Source: a virus
Taxonomy: Duplodnaviria; Caudoviricetes
Direction: 5' to 3' (one strand)
DNA length: 53,127 nucleotides
IMG/VR virus record: IMGVR_UViG_3300044675_006021
Coordinates: 1-53,127 of that record
In this document: positions 27,173 to 37,197 of the stretch, one piece after another
Numbering within the stretch: the first letter of the stretch is position 1
How the letters are laid out: every line of letters starts with the position of its first letter
Position numbers and translations under genes: made by a program
Notes under the pieces: generated by a model
What the model saw: the letters and a program-made list of their open reading frames with translations, nothing else
Databases searched by the model: none
Told to the model about the DNA's origin: nothing

Positions 27173-27957
27173 TAACTTTTAGTAAAATAGGAACATATGG
27201 AAGATTTGGAAACCAAATGTTTCAATATGCAACTTTGTTGGCAATAGCCAAATCAAAAGGTTATGATTATGGAGTTCCATACCAACACAAAAGCTCCAAT
27301 GAATTTTTTGATTTTTGTTTGCCAGAAGCCTTTTGCAATTTATCGGCAAAAGATTCATCTGATATTGTTGTACCGAACAAAGCAATAGAACGTGGATTTC
27401 CATATAGTTCTGGATTCTTTGGTATACAAGACAACACAGATATTTGTGGTTATTTTCAAACAGAAAAATATTTTAAAGATTATAAAAATGATATTTTAAA
27501 AGAATACACTTTTAAAAAAGATATTTTGGAAAAAGCTCATGACATGAGAGACTTAACCAAAAAAGATGCAATATCAATACATTTGCGTCTTGGTGACTAT
27601 TTACATCTTCAACATGTTTATCCAATATGTTCTTTGGAATATTATCAAGAAGCTTTAACAAAATTACCTGATGATATTTTAATATTTGTTTTTAGTGATG
27701 AGCCGGAAAAAGCGGAAACTTATTTTAAATCATTTAATAGGAAGATGGTTTTCTCTGATGGGACAGATAAATATGTTGACATGGCTACAATGAGTTTGTG
27801 TGATTATCATGTTATAGCAAATAGCTCGTTTAGTTGGTGGGGTGCTTGGTTAAGCAACTCTAAAAAAACAATAGCCCCATCTAGATGGTTTGGATCAGCA
27901 CCAAATGCACCTAAAGATTGGCGCGACATATACTGCAAAGAATGGGAAATAATTTAA
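27169..27957 (+). CDS. GT11 alpha-1,2-fucosyltransferase-like glycosyltransferase
   Basis: GRFGNQMFQYA, GYFQTEKYF, H.R.GDY, FSDE and ANSSFSWWGAWL motifs. Confidence 0.92.
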   Translation: MITFSKIGTYGRFGNQMFQYATLLAIAKSKGYDYGVPYQHKSSNEFFDFCLPEAFCNLSAKDSSDIVVPNKAIERGFPYSSGFFGIQDNTDICGYFQTEKYFKDYKNDILKEYTFKKDILEKAHDMRDLTKKDAISIHLRLGDYLHLQHVYPICSLEYYQEALTKLPDDILIFVFSDEPEKAETYFKSFNRKMVFSDGTDKYVDMATMSLCDYHVIANSSFSWWGAWLSNSKKTIAPSRWFGSAPNAPKDWRDIYCKEWEII

Positions 27958-28856
27958 TGATTGTTACTGAAATATATAATGGTCAAGGTTTAGGAAATCA
28001 GTTGGCATGTTATGTCACAACAAGGACAATAGCAGCAGACATGGGTGTACCTTTTGGAATTATGAATCCTCATAAATTTAAATGTCTTGAGTTTATGAAT
28101 TTAGATTTTGGCGAGGATGTAACTGGAGGTGAGGGGCCAGAAGGCGGTCCACCGACAGTTCTTCCAAATGACATTTTATATTACTATAAAGAAAAATATC
28201 ATGTCCTACCAAATGGATCAAACATTACAATTGATGATCCCAATTTAGAAATTGTTCCAGACAATACTAAAATTGATGGAATATTGCAGTCAGAAAATAG
28301 ATTTATACACAGAAAATCTGAAATAAAAGAATGGCTTAAAGTAAATTTAGATAAAGAAAATTACACCTATTCGGATCCAGACATTTGTGTATTAGCGTTT
28401 AGAGGTGGTGAGTATAAGTATGTACCAAATTTCTTTTTGAAACCGAAATATTGGCAGGATGCTGTAAATCATATGTTAAAAATCAACCCAAAGTTTAAAT
28501 TTGTAGTTGTAACCGACGATCCACAGTGTGCAAGACAGTTTTTTCCTGAATCTTTTTATGTTACACATTCTGAAATATGGAATGATTATACTATTATAAA
28601 AAATGCACATTATCTGATTTCATCAAATTCAAGTTTTCCGTATTTTCCAACGCTTACTAGTAATACTTTAAAGTATATTTTAGCGCCCAAATATTGGGGA
28701 CGCCATAATATATCTGATGGCTATTGGGCATGTGGATATAATATTTACAGAGGCTATAATTATATTGATAGAGAAGGTAAAGTTTTTAATTATGACGAAT
28801 GTGTAAAAGAATTTGAAGAATATAAACAAAAAACAAAAATATATAATAATTTGTAA
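27957..28856 (+). CDS. Second GT11-like glycosyltransferase
   Basis: GQGLGNQL, G..QSE, FRGGEY, VTDD, SNSSF and APKYW motifs; ATG overlaps the previous stop. Confidence 0.8.
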   Translation: MIVTEIYNGQGLGNQLACYVTTRTIAADMGVPFGIMNPHKFKCLEFMNLDFGEDVTGGEGPEGGPPTVLPNDILYYYKEKYHVLPNGSNITIDDPNLEIVPDNTKIDGILQSENRFIHRKSEIKEWLKVNLDKENYTYSDPDICVLAFRGGEYKYVPNFFLKPKYWQDAVNHMLKINPKFKFVVVTDDPQCARQFFPESFYVTHSEIWNDYTIIKNAHYLISSNSSFPYFPTLTSNTLKYILAPKYWGRHNISDGYWACGYNIYRGYNYIDREGKVFNYDECVKEFEEYKQKTKIYNNL

Positions 28857-28861
28857 AATTT

Positions 28862-29488
28862 ATGCCATATTCACACGAAGAACATGTAACATATACAAAT
28901 AAAGAATATAGAGATTATTCATATTATCAGTCTTTATTTAATATTTTAAAAAATAAAAATATTCAATCTTACATAGATATTGGTGCAAATGTAGGAGAAG
29001 TTTGTAATATTTATTTTGATACCCTGCCAACGCTTAAAAAAGCATACCTGTTTGAGGTGGAGGTGTCTGCATTTAATTTTTTAAACAACAATATTAAATA
29101 TCCAGAAAAAGTACAAAGTTATAACTTGGCAATTTATTATGGTTCAGATCCACCAAAGTTATTTAAAAATTTTAATACTGGTGGGGGTGTGGTTGCAACT
29201 GCTATAAACAACAACCAATTCACGGAATTTGATACTATAAAAAATTATAGCACTCTTGAGCAATTAAATTTACCTTTAGTTGATTTAATAAAAATGGATA
29301 TAGAGGGTGGAGAATATGATATTATTAAATATTCAAAATTTCTACATTCTGTAAAATACTTAGAAATAGAGTTTCATTATGATAATTTAAATATCGAGGA
29401 GTATATTGCCAATTCTTTTCCAAACCACAATATTATTTTAGCAGAAGATATAAAAGGTAGATTTTTATTTGAAAGTAAGTATTTATGA
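28862..29488 (+). CDS. FkbM-family SAM methyltransferase
   Basis: IDIGANVG, IKMDIEGGE and IEFH motifs. Confidence 0.88.
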   Translation: MPYSHEEHVTYTNKEYRDYSYYQSLFNILKNKNIQSYIDIGANVGEVCNIYFDTLPTLKKAYLFEVEVSAFNFLNNNIKYPEKVQSYNLAIYYGSDPPKLFKNFNTGGGVVATAINNNQFTEFDTIKNYSTLEQLNLPLVDLIKMDIEGGEYDIIKYSKFLHSVKYLEIEFHYDNLNIEEYIANSFPNHNIILAEDIKGRFLFESKYL

Positions 29489-30249
29489 AAATATATGATT
29501 GTTTTTCTTTTTTTGATGAACTGGATTTATTAGAAATTAGATTAAATATTTTAGACCAATATGTCGATAAATTTGTTATAGTTGAAGCAAGAGAAACATT
29601 TAATGGTCATAAAAAACCATTAGTTTTTTCTAAAAATCAAACTCGATACAAAAAATGGGAATCTAAAATAATACATTATGTTGTTGATGAATTTCCAAAT
29701 AATCAGGAAATATACAACAAAGCATTAAACAGCCCAAATACTGGAAATAAAGAACATTGGTGGTTAAGAGAATTTTACCAAAAAGAACATGTAAATATGC
29801 CTTTATCATCTTGCGATGATGATGATATAATTTATGTATCTGATGTTGACGAAATTTGGAATCCGGAATTATCAATTCCATTTGATGATAAAAATGTCTT
29901 TAGACCGATACAGACGGCTTATCCTTTTTTTTTAAATAATAGATCGAATCAAAATTATAATGATTGGACTGGCACCAGAGCTGCAAAATATAAAGTATTT
30001 AAAAAATATGGTGCCAATCATTTTAGAACCGAAAGAGAAGTAAAATCAACACCAATCTTTAACGGTGGATGGCATTTTTCTTGGCTTCATAAAAAAGAAG
30101 ATAAGTGGAATGATAGCCATCCAAACAATAATATTAGATTTGCATCTGTCAAAAATACAAAAATGTGGAAAGACGAATCGGAATTACCTTCATATTTGAA
30201 AGAAAATAAACAAACTTGGATAAACTTATTTTTGGCGGAAAATATATGA
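29485..30249 (+). CDS. GT17-like (beta-1,4-GlcNAc transferase family) glycosyltransferase
   Basis: IYDCF.FF.ELDLLEIRL..L...VD.FVIVE, RE.YQ, SDVDEI and GGWHFSW motifs. Confidence 0.88.
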   Translation: MKIYDCFSFFDELDLLEIRLNILDQYVDKFVIVEARETFNGHKKPLVFSKNQTRYKKWESKIIHYVVDEFPNNQEIYNKALNSPNTGNKEHWWLREFYQKEHVNMPLSSCDDDDIIYVSDVDEIWNPELSIPFDDKNVFRPIQTAYPFFLNNRSNQNYNDWTGTRAAKYKVFKKYGANHFRTEREVKSTPIFNGGWHFSWLHKKEDKWNDSHPNNNIRFASVKNTKMWKDESELPSYLKENKQTWINLFLAENI

Positions 30250-30983
30250 AACATATTAAAAATAATTTTTTAGTAGTCAGTGACTATAATTGGTTGCCGG
30301 ATAATTTGGAAGAATCTTGGGTAGAAAAATATTCAGACAATTATCTCATCTATGATAGGTATCATAGGTTTAAAGAAAGCGATAAAGTAAAACATCAAAA
30401 AAATGTTGGACAAAATATTTACGATATTTTTGATTTTATTGTAACACATTACAATAATTTACCAGAAAATATTATTTTTTGTCGTGCTTGTTTTTTAAAC
30501 CCAAAAGATGATGGAATTGTTCGGTATGATAAAAATAATAGAAGAATTTCTACTGGAAATTGTAGTGAAGAATATTTTTTAAAAAATGCAAACAATACCC
30601 ATTTAACCGAATTACAAGATTTTTTTACAGAATCGTGGAGATTTAATGGGTGGTCAAATAAAATAGGTCCAAATAATAGCTATTTGGAATTAAATCAAAA
30701 TTGGTATTTTGCAAGTTATAAGGGTAAATACTATAACGACATAAATGTATTTTTTAATGATATATACGAAAACCCCCCGCATCAACAATATTTGAGATTT
30801 TCTCCTGGTGGTAACTATATTGTCCCCAAAACAAATATTTTAAAATATAACATTAATTTTTATGAAAAAATTAAAAATATTTTGTCTTGGGATGTCATAG
30901 TTGGAGAAGCACATATGATTGAAAGAGCTTTATACACTATTTTTTTATGTGATTATGAAATAAAGAAAGAATTTAAACCATGA
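30246..30983 (+). CDS. DUF3431-like protein (possible glycosyltransferase)
   Basis: YLIYD, NVG, FI..HY.NLPE..IF, F.PG..YIVPK..I and H..ER motifs. Confidence 0.6.
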   Translation: MKHIKNNFLVVSDYNWLPDNLEESWVEKYSDNYLIYDRYHRFKESDKVKHQKNVGQNIYDIFDFIVTHYNNLPENIIFCRACFLNPKDDGIVRYDKNNRRISTGNCSEEYFLKNANNTHLTELQDFFTESWRFNGWSNKIGPNNSYLELNQNWYFASYKGKYYNDINVFFNDIYENPPHQQYLRFSPGGNYIVPKTNILKYNINFYEKIKNILSWDVIVGEAHMIERALYTIFLCDYEIKKEFKP

Positions 30984-31537
30984 GTATTCCAATATATCTT
31001 AGAAATGTTCCGCCTCCTGCTGAAACATTTGATCATGGATCATTGTTGCAGTTTTTATTATCTTATATCAAACCAAATGTATATCTTGAATTGGGAGTCC
31101 GAGAAGGAGTTACATTTACAAAATGTGCAACCCATGCCAAAAAAGCTATTGGAGTTGATATCTCCCCATGTCCTTTTTCTTTAAAAGAAAACATGGAATA
31201 TCATCAATGCACAACAGATATTTTTTTTACTAAATTAGATAAAAATGTAATATTTGACGCGGTTTTTATTGATGCGGACCACTCACATCAGCAATCTTTA
31301 AAAGATTTTTTAAATGTAAAAGATCATATTATAGATGATGGATTTGTTTTTTTTCATGATACTTATCCATATGATAAGTCAATGATGGATCCGGGATTAT
31401 GTAACGATGTATATAAAACGGCTCTATATATTAAAGAGCATTTTATAGAAGAATTTGAAGTTATTACTTTACCTTTTAATCCAGGTTTAAGTATACTTAA
31501 AAAGATGCCAAGAAAGAAACAGTTGCTTTATTTATGA
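30980..31537 (+). CDS. Class I SAM methyltransferase (Methyltransf_24-like)
   Basis: YLELGV..G, GVDI, FD.VFIDADH and FHDT motifs. Confidence 0.85.
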   Translation: MSIPIYLRNVPPPAETFDHGSLLQFLLSYIKPNVYLELGVREGVTFTKCATHAKKAIGVDISPCPFSLKENMEYHQCTTDIFFTKLDKNVIFDAVFIDADHSHQQSLKDFLNVKDHIIDDGFVFFHDTYPYDKSMMDPGLCNDVYKTALYIKEHFIEEFEVITLPFNPGLSILKKMPRKKQLLYL

Positions 31538-32463
31538 AGAATGAAAAAATTTTTATAACTGGTGGGGCCGGATATCTTGGTCAGAATTTGATAAAACAGT
31601 TTTATGATACAAATCAAATTACAGTTTATTCAAGAGATGAAGCAAAACACTATTACATAAAAAAACAATTTCCAAAAGTAAATTTTGTTGTTGGTGACAT
31701 ACGTAATAGAGATCTTCTTCTTAGAAAATCAAAAAACCATACTGTAGGGATTTTTGCCGCTTCATTGAAGCAAATCGATGCCTGCACGGAAAATTATGAA
31801 GAGGCTTCAAAAATTATTATAGATGGGGCATTCAATTCTCGTATATGTGCTGAAGAAAATAATTTTAAATCAGCTTGTTTTATTTCTTCTGATAAAAGTC
31901 GAGCAGCTACAACCATTTATGGGGCAATGAAGTATGTTGCGGGAGAAGGCTTTATTAGCGGACCTTCTAATTGTAATCTTACAACAGCCATATATGGTAA
32001 TGTAATGAATTCTACCGGATCCATTATTCCTCTAATATGGAAATATATAAATCAAAAAACAAAACTTCAACTGTATAGCACAGAAATGACACGATTTTTA
32101 TTGGACATAGAAGATGGTATCGATCTTATATGCAAAGCTTTAACATATTCTGGTTGCAATGTGATTATGAATGCCAAATCGTTTAAAATTTTAGATTTAT
32201 TTGAAATATATAAAGAAAAATATAATTTAGAATTTGAAGTTAGTTCTCCAAGAACTGGAGAAAAAATTCATGAAATCATGGCCGCATCAGAAGAAATTAG
32301 ACGAATGGAATATATAGAAAAAGACAATATTTTTCTTTTGCATCCAAATAAAAATTTTAATACGGTAGTTTTTAAAAATTCTGAATTTTCGTCAAAAGAC
32401 TATTGTATTTCAAAAGAAGAATTATTTAACTTTTTAAACAAAAGGAATTTTTATCAGCCATGA
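31534..32463 (+). CDS. UDP-N-acetylglucosamine 4,6-dehydratase (PseB/CapD-like)
   Basis: TGG.G.LG, YSRDEAK, GDIR, AA.LKQI, S.DK, YGAMK, YGNV..S.GS, MTRF and R.GEK.HE motifs. Confidence 0.85.
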   Translation: MKNEKIFITGGAGYLGQNLIKQFYDTNQITVYSRDEAKHYYIKKQFPKVNFVVGDIRNRDLLLRKSKNHTVGIFAASLKQIDACTENYEEASKIIIDGAFNSRICAEENNFKSACFISSDKSRAATTIYGAMKYVAGEGFISGPSNCNLTTAIYGNVMNSTGSIIPLIWKYINQKTKLQLYSTEMTRFLLDIEDGIDLICKALTYSGCNVIMNAKSFKILDLFEIYKEKYNLEFEVSSPRTGEKIHEIMAASEEIRRMEYIEKDNIFLLHPNKNFNTVVFKNSEFSSKDYCISKEELFNFLNKRNFYQP

Positions 32464-33260
32464 GCGTTTACATTTTTGGTTCCAACGGGATGTTGGGTAC
32501 GTATTTGACAACTTATTTAAAAAATTTTTATAATACAATTCCACTAACAAGACAGCATTTTAATATTTCGGAAACTAATTTTTCCGAGTATGACTCTTAT
32601 TTTAAGGACAAGCTCAATTCCGATGACATTATAATCAATGCTGCCGGAATTATTAAACAAAAAAGTTTTACAGCAAAAGATTTAATTTCTGTAAACTCTT
32701 TATTTCCTCATATATTGGCAGAACTAAAAAACAAATATAATTGTAATGTTATCCATGTAACAACTGATTGTGTTTTTAGTGGTCTGTATGGAAATTATAA
32801 TGAAAATAATCTTCACGATTGCACCGATGATTACGGAAAAAGTAAATCATTGGGTGAGAGTTCTTTATTAACAAATATTAGAACTTCTATAATTGGTGAA
32901 GAAAATCAAGGTAAAAAATCTCTTTTAGAATGGTGTAGATCCAATAAAAATAAACAAGTTTATGGATTTTTAAATCATACTTGGAATGGTGTAAGTTGTT
33001 TAGAATTAGCTAAAATTATACAAAATATAATATCAAATAATTTATACTGGAATGGAACCAAGCACATATTTTCCCCAAATGTTGTAAACAAATATGAATT
33101 AGTTAAGTGTATTTCGGATACTTACGACTTAAATTTAAGCATTGAAACAAAAAATACAGAAAAACATTGTTACAGAACCTTATCAACGATATATAACCAT
33201 AATTGGACTCAAAAAACCGTTCAAGAGCAAGTACAGGATCTGTATAATTATAAAATATAA
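32460..33260 (+). CDS. rmlD: dTDP-4-dehydrorhamnose reductase-like SDR
   Basis: GSNGMLG, INAAG, TTDCVFSG, YGKSKSLGE and RTSIIG motifs. Confidence 0.8.
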   Translation: MSVYIFGSNGMLGTYLTTYLKNFYNTIPLTRQHFNISETNFSEYDSYFKDKLNSDDIIINAAGIIKQKSFTAKDLISVNSLFPHILAELKNKYNCNVIHVTTDCVFSGLYGNYNENNLHDCTDDYGKSKSLGESSLLTNIRTSIIGEENQGKKSLLEWCRSNKNKQVYGFLNHTWNGVSCLELAKIIQNIISNNLYWNGTKHIFSPNVVNKYELVKCISDTYDLNLSIETKNTEKHCYRTLSTIYNHNWTQKTVQEQVQDLYNYKI

Positions 33261-33262
33261 GC

Positions 33263-33290
33263 TTGACTTTTCTGTAAAAAAAGATATACT
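33263..33290 (+). promoter_or_regulatory. Sigma70-like promoter
   Basis: TTGACT-16 nt-TATACT, 5 nt before the GT2 ATG. Confidence 0.65.
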
Positions 33291-33295
33291 TAGAT

Positions 33296-33976
33296 ATGCA
33301 AATTTCTTTAGCGGTACCTGTTTATGAATGCCATGGGATGGGATGGCTATATTTGAGTGAACTCTTGAATAGTGTCGCTAAACAGACTTATAAAAATATA
33401 GAGATCGTCATCAGCGATCAAAGTACTGATGATAAAATTAAAATTTTATGTGATGCGTATAAAAATTATTTAAATATAAAATACGTAACAGGACATCACC
33501 TATTACGCAGTAATTCGCCCAATGCGAATAATGCAATTAAAAATTGCTCATCAAAATATATTAAAATTCTTTTTCAAGACGATTTTTTTGTAGATGAAAT
33601 GGCATTACAAAAAATAGTTGCAGCGTTTGAAAGCGATGCAATGTGGATTGTCTCCGGTTGTGTTCACTGTAGCAATATTCACAGCCTTTATAGGCCCTTT
33701 GTGCCATATTATAATGATAATATGCTGGAAGGAAATAATACAATAAGTTCACCCAGCGTATTGTCTGTGCAAGAAAAAGAACTTTTTGATGAAAACTTAA
33801 TAATGTTAATGGACTGTGAGATGTATTATAGACTCCATAATAAATATGGAGAACCGTATATTATACGAGATTTATTAGTGTGCAATAGGCAGCATAAAAA
33901 CCAGTTGCAAAATTTAAATCAAGATAAATTGTCTGAAGAAATCGATTATTGTAAAAACAAATATAAAGGAGCTTAA
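33296..33976 (+). CDS. GT2 glycosyltransferase
   Basis: IS..VP.Y, S...QTY.NIE.VISD.S.D, N.N.AI, LFQDD and FDE.L....D.E motifs. Confidence 0.88.
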   Translation: MQISLAVPVYECHGMGWLYLSELLNSVAKQTYKNIEIVISDQSTDDKIKILCDAYKNYLNIKYVTGHHLLRSNSPNANNAIKNCSSKYIKILFQDDFFVDEMALQKIVAAFESDAMWIVSGCVHCSNIHSLYRPFVPYYNDNMLEGNNTISSPSVLSVQEKELFDENLIMLMDCEMYYRLHNKYGEPYIIRDLLVCNRQHKNQLQNLNQDKLSEEIDYCKNKYKGA

Positions 33977-34975
33977 ATGCGAAATCGTTTTTTAATTACT
34001 GGTGGTTGTGGTTTTATCGGTCATCACATGGTAGAATTTTTGTTGGAAAATGATGACTGTGATATTGTCGTATTAGATAGACTTGATGTTTCTGGTAATC
34101 TAAACCGTTTAACAGAATTGCCTGTTTGGGAAAAGGAACATAAAAGAGTAACATTTGTTTGGCACGATATGAAGGCTGAAATTCATAACAATGAAGTTTT
34201 GACATCAATGATTGGGCCGATAAATACGATTCTCCACATAGGAGCATCTTCTCACGTTGATCGTTCAATTTCAGATCCATTGAGTTTTGTGATGGACAAT
34301 GTTGTTGGAACCTGCAACGTATTAAATTATGCCAGAACACAAAACAATTTAACTAATTTTGTTTATTTTTCTACTGATGAAATTTTTGGTCCAGCACCAG
34401 AGGGTGTGAATTATAAAGAAAATGATCGTTATAATTCTGGAAACCCATATGCAGCAGCAAAAGCTGGCGGCGAAGAGTTGGCAGTATCGTTTCACAATAC
34501 CTACAAATTGCCGATTATGGTAACTCACTGCATGAATGTATTTGGTGAAAGACAACATCCAGAAAAATTTATTCCACTTTGCATTAAAAATAGCTTAATT
34601 GGAAAAAAGATTTTTATTCATGCAAATAAAAACCTAACAAAAGCTGGAAGCCGGTATTACATTCACGCTAAAAATGTCTGCCATGCAGTTAACTTTTTGC
34701 TAAAAAATGGAACTCCCGGAGAAAAATATAATATTGTTGGAGAAAAAGAAGTAGATAATCTCACACTTGCCAAGATGATTTCTTCATGCGTGGGCAAGGA
34801 GTTGGATTGTGAACTTGTAGATTTCCACAGCAGCAGACCGGGCCATGATTTGAGATATGCTTTGGATGGTTCTAAAATGGCAAATTTGGGGTGGGTTCCA
34901 CAAGATAATTTGGAACAATCTTTGGCAAAGTTGGTAGATTGGTCAATAAAAAACCCAAAGTGGATTGGACTGTAA
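33977..34975 (+). CDS. rmlB: dTDP-glucose 4,6-dehydratase
   Basis: TGGCGFIG, A.SHVDRSI, STDE.FG, PYAAAK, Q.PEK.IP and RPGHDLRYA.D motifs. Confidence 0.9.
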   Translation: MRNRFLITGGCGFIGHHMVEFLLENDDCDIVVLDRLDVSGNLNRLTELPVWEKEHKRVTFVWHDMKAEIHNNEVLTSMIGPINTILHIGASSHVDRSISDPLSFVMDNVVGTCNVLNYARTQNNLTNFVYFSTDEIFGPAPEGVNYKENDRYNSGNPYAAAKAGGEELAVSFHNTYKLPIMVTHCMNVFGERQHPEKFIPLCIKNSLIGKKIFIHANKNLTKAGSRYYIHAKNVCHAVNFLLKNGTPGEKYNIVGEKEVDNLTLAKMISSCVGKELDCELVDFHSSRPGHDLRYALDGSKMANLGWVPQDNLEQSLAKLVDWSIKNPKWIGL

Positions 34976-34976
34976 A

Positions 34977-35564
34977 ATGAACTTAACAGACATATACAAT
35001 TACTTGGTAAAATCTCCATCAGATATAAATGAACATCTTCCAGTATTAAAAGAATATGCGGAAAAATGTGAACATGTTACAGAAATGGGCGTAAGATACG
35101 TAGTATCTACTTTTGCATTGGTATTGGCTAAACCAAAAAATTTAATATCCATTGACCTATTTCATCCTAGCCACTACGGTGACAATGGTCGTTTGTACAT
35201 AATACAAAATTATGCTAAGGAAAATAATATTAATTTTAATTTTAAACTAGGTGATACTCTTAAAATTGATATCGAACCCACCGATCTACTGTTTATAGAT
35301 ACCCTTCATGTCTATGGTCAGTTAAAGGCTGAACTACACAAACACTCGAAAAATGTTAAAAAATATTTAATTTTTCATGATACAACAACCTTTGCCGAAA
35401 AAGACGAAGGTCACTATTATCAAACTCCCAATTTAGATAATTCTAAGGTGGGATTGTGGCCAGCCATTGAAGAGTTTTTAGAAGATAACAAAGACTGGGA
35501 ATTATTAGAAAGAAAAACTAATAATAACGGTTTAACCATTCTTCATAAAAAATCTTCCACATAA
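34977..35564 (+). CDS. Class I SAM methyltransferase (Methyltransf_24-like)
   Basis: SDINEHL, EMGVR, DLLFIDTLH, FHDT and NNNGLT motifs. Confidence 0.8.
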   Translation: MNLTDIYNYLVKSPSDINEHLPVLKEYAEKCEHVTEMGVRYVVSTFALVLAKPKNLISIDLFHPSHYGDNGRLYIIQNYAKENNINFNFKLGDTLKIDIEPTDLLFIDTLHVYGQLKAELHKHSKNVKKYLIFHDTTTFAEKDEGHYYQTPNLDNSKVGLWPAIEEFLEDNKDWELLERKTNNNGLTILHKKSST

Positions 35565-35578
35565 TTTGGGAGATTTCA

Positions 35579-36154
35579 ATGAAAAAGTATAAAAAGAAAA
35601 AAACAAAGCCATCGGACGCAGATTATGTGAGCAATGATGAATTATATATTGCTTTGGTGGACTATAAAAAGAAGTGTGTTGACGCAGAAAACGCTGGGAG
35701 AAAAAACCCAAAGCTGCCAGATTTTATAGGTGAGTGTATATTAAAAATAGCAACACGTCTTTCTTATAGGCCAAATTTTGCAAATTATCCATATAGAGAA
35801 GAGATGGTTTCTGACGCAGTATTGAATTGCGTCACTTACATTGATAATTTTGATCCTACAAAGTCTAGCAGTCCGTTTGGATATCTAACCCAAATATGCT
35901 GGTTTTCTTTTGTTAGAATTATAAACAAAGAAAAAAAAGAAAAATACATTCAATATAAATTTGCTGAACTTCAAAATGATAAAGATTTTCATAATTGGTT
36001 CAACGAAACCTATGCTGGAATAGATATAGGTCGGAGAGATTTTTTTGGTCTTACAGATCTGGACATGCAAAGATTTGATGATATGCTTAATCCACCAAAA
36101 AAGACAAAGGTTAAAAGAACCAGAAAATCAAAGGATAATGCTCTGGATTTATGA
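35579..36154 (+). CDS. gp55: Late-transcription sigma factor gp55
   Basis: YV.N, IGEC.LKIA..LS.RPNF.NY.YREEM.SD and NFDP.KS..PF.Y.TQI...F.R.I.KEKK motifs. Confidence 0.95.
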   Translation: MKKYKKKKTKPSDADYVSNDELYIALVDYKKKCVDAENAGRKNPKLPDFIGECILKIATRLSYRPNFANYPYREEMVSDAVLNCVTYIDNFDPTKSSSPFGYLTQICWFSFVRIINKEKKEKYIQYKFAELQNDKDFHNWFNETYAGIDIGRRDFFGLTDLDMQRFDDMLNPPKKTKVKRTRKSKDNALDL

Positions 36155-37197
36155 AAGCTGTTATACTAAACGACTCACACTTTGGATATAAAGCAGATTC
36201 TCCGATTGTATTGGAATATTTTTTAAAGTTTTTTGAAGATCAGCTATTTCCGTATCTAAAAGAAAACAATATTAAAACAGTATTTCATCTGGGAGATGTT
36301 TTTGATAGGCGAAAATATGTAAACTTTCGTACTTTAAACCAAGTTCGTACTAGGTTTATGGAACCTCTCCGCGATATGGGCATTAAGTGTATTGCTATTT
36401 GCGGTAATCACGATACTTATTACAAAAACAACAACCGAGTAAATTCTTTAGATGAGTTGGTATCCCAATATGCAAACTGGGAAATTTATTCAGAACCAAT
36501 TGAAATAAACACGACAGCTGGCTGCGTAGCTCTTCTGCCCTGGATTAATCCAGAAAACGAGGAAACTGCTGCAAAATTTATTACGGAAACTACATGTAGT
36601 GTTTTGCTGGGCCATCTTGAATTGTGTGGCTTTCAGAGCATTCGTGGAATTTTTATAGAGCAAGGATATGACCCAAAACACTTTGACAAGTTTGATTATG
36701 TACTCACCGGTCATTATCATGTTAAGTCTAGTCGTGATAATATTCATTACCTGGGTACGCAGTATCAGATGGCTTTCTCGGATGTATGGGAGCCGAAGGG
36801 CTTCCACGTATTTGATTTTTCGTCTAGAGAACTTGTATTCATCCAAAATACTAGAAAACTTTTTTATACGTTTGACTATAATGAAGACGAACCGCAAAAA
36901 CTGGACTATTCGACATTCAAGGATTGCTACGTCAAGATCTTTGTCAAGAAACGGACGAAGGCTGCGCCGTTTGAGAAGTACATGGATAAGTTTTATGAGG
37001 CGGGCGTGGCGGAATTGGCTGTCACCGAGGAAGTTAGCGCAAATCCTGAGCTGGTTGCGGTGGACGTGCACAAGGACACTCTACAGTTACTACATGAGGA
37101 ACTTGGAACCATTAACGAGAAGTCAATCGACAAGCAAATGCTTGCCAAGATAATAGATGAAGCGTATAATAGTGCACTGTCAAAGGATGAAGAGTGA
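36151..37197 (+). CDS. gp47: Recombination endonuclease subunit gp47 (Mre11-like)
   Basis: D.HFG, LGDVFDRRK, GNHD, GHLE..GF and GHYH motifs. Confidence 0.95.
   Translation: MKAVILNDSHFGYKADSPIVLEYFLKFFEDQLFPYLKENNIKTVFHLGDVFDRRKYVNFRTLNQVRTRFMEPLRDMGIKCIAICGNHDTYYKNNNRVNSLDELVSQYANWEIYSEPIEINTTAGCVALLPWINPENEETAAKFITETTCSVLLGHLELCGFQSIRGIFIEQGYDPKHFDKFDYVLTGHYHVKSSRDNIHYLGTQYQMAFSDVWEPKGFHVFDFSSRELVFIQNTRKLFYTFDYNEDEPQKLDYSTFKDCYVKIFVKKRTKAAPFEKYMDKFYEAGVAELAVTEEVSANPELVAVDVHKDTLQLLHEELGTINEKSIDKQMLAKIIDEAYNSALSKDEE

Noticed and set aside
29925-29933. T9 and similar homopolymer runs as phase-variation switches in glycosyltransferases
   Set aside because: The reading frames are intact, and A/T runs of this length are expected in such AT-rich DNA.
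25626-35564. Island as a DNA hypermodification (glucosyl-hmC-type) locus
   Set aside because: No dCMP hydroxymethylase, T4 alpha/beta-glucosyltransferase or nucleotide kinase is recognisable here, and the families present act on oligosaccharides. It cannot be fully excluded without the rest of the genome.
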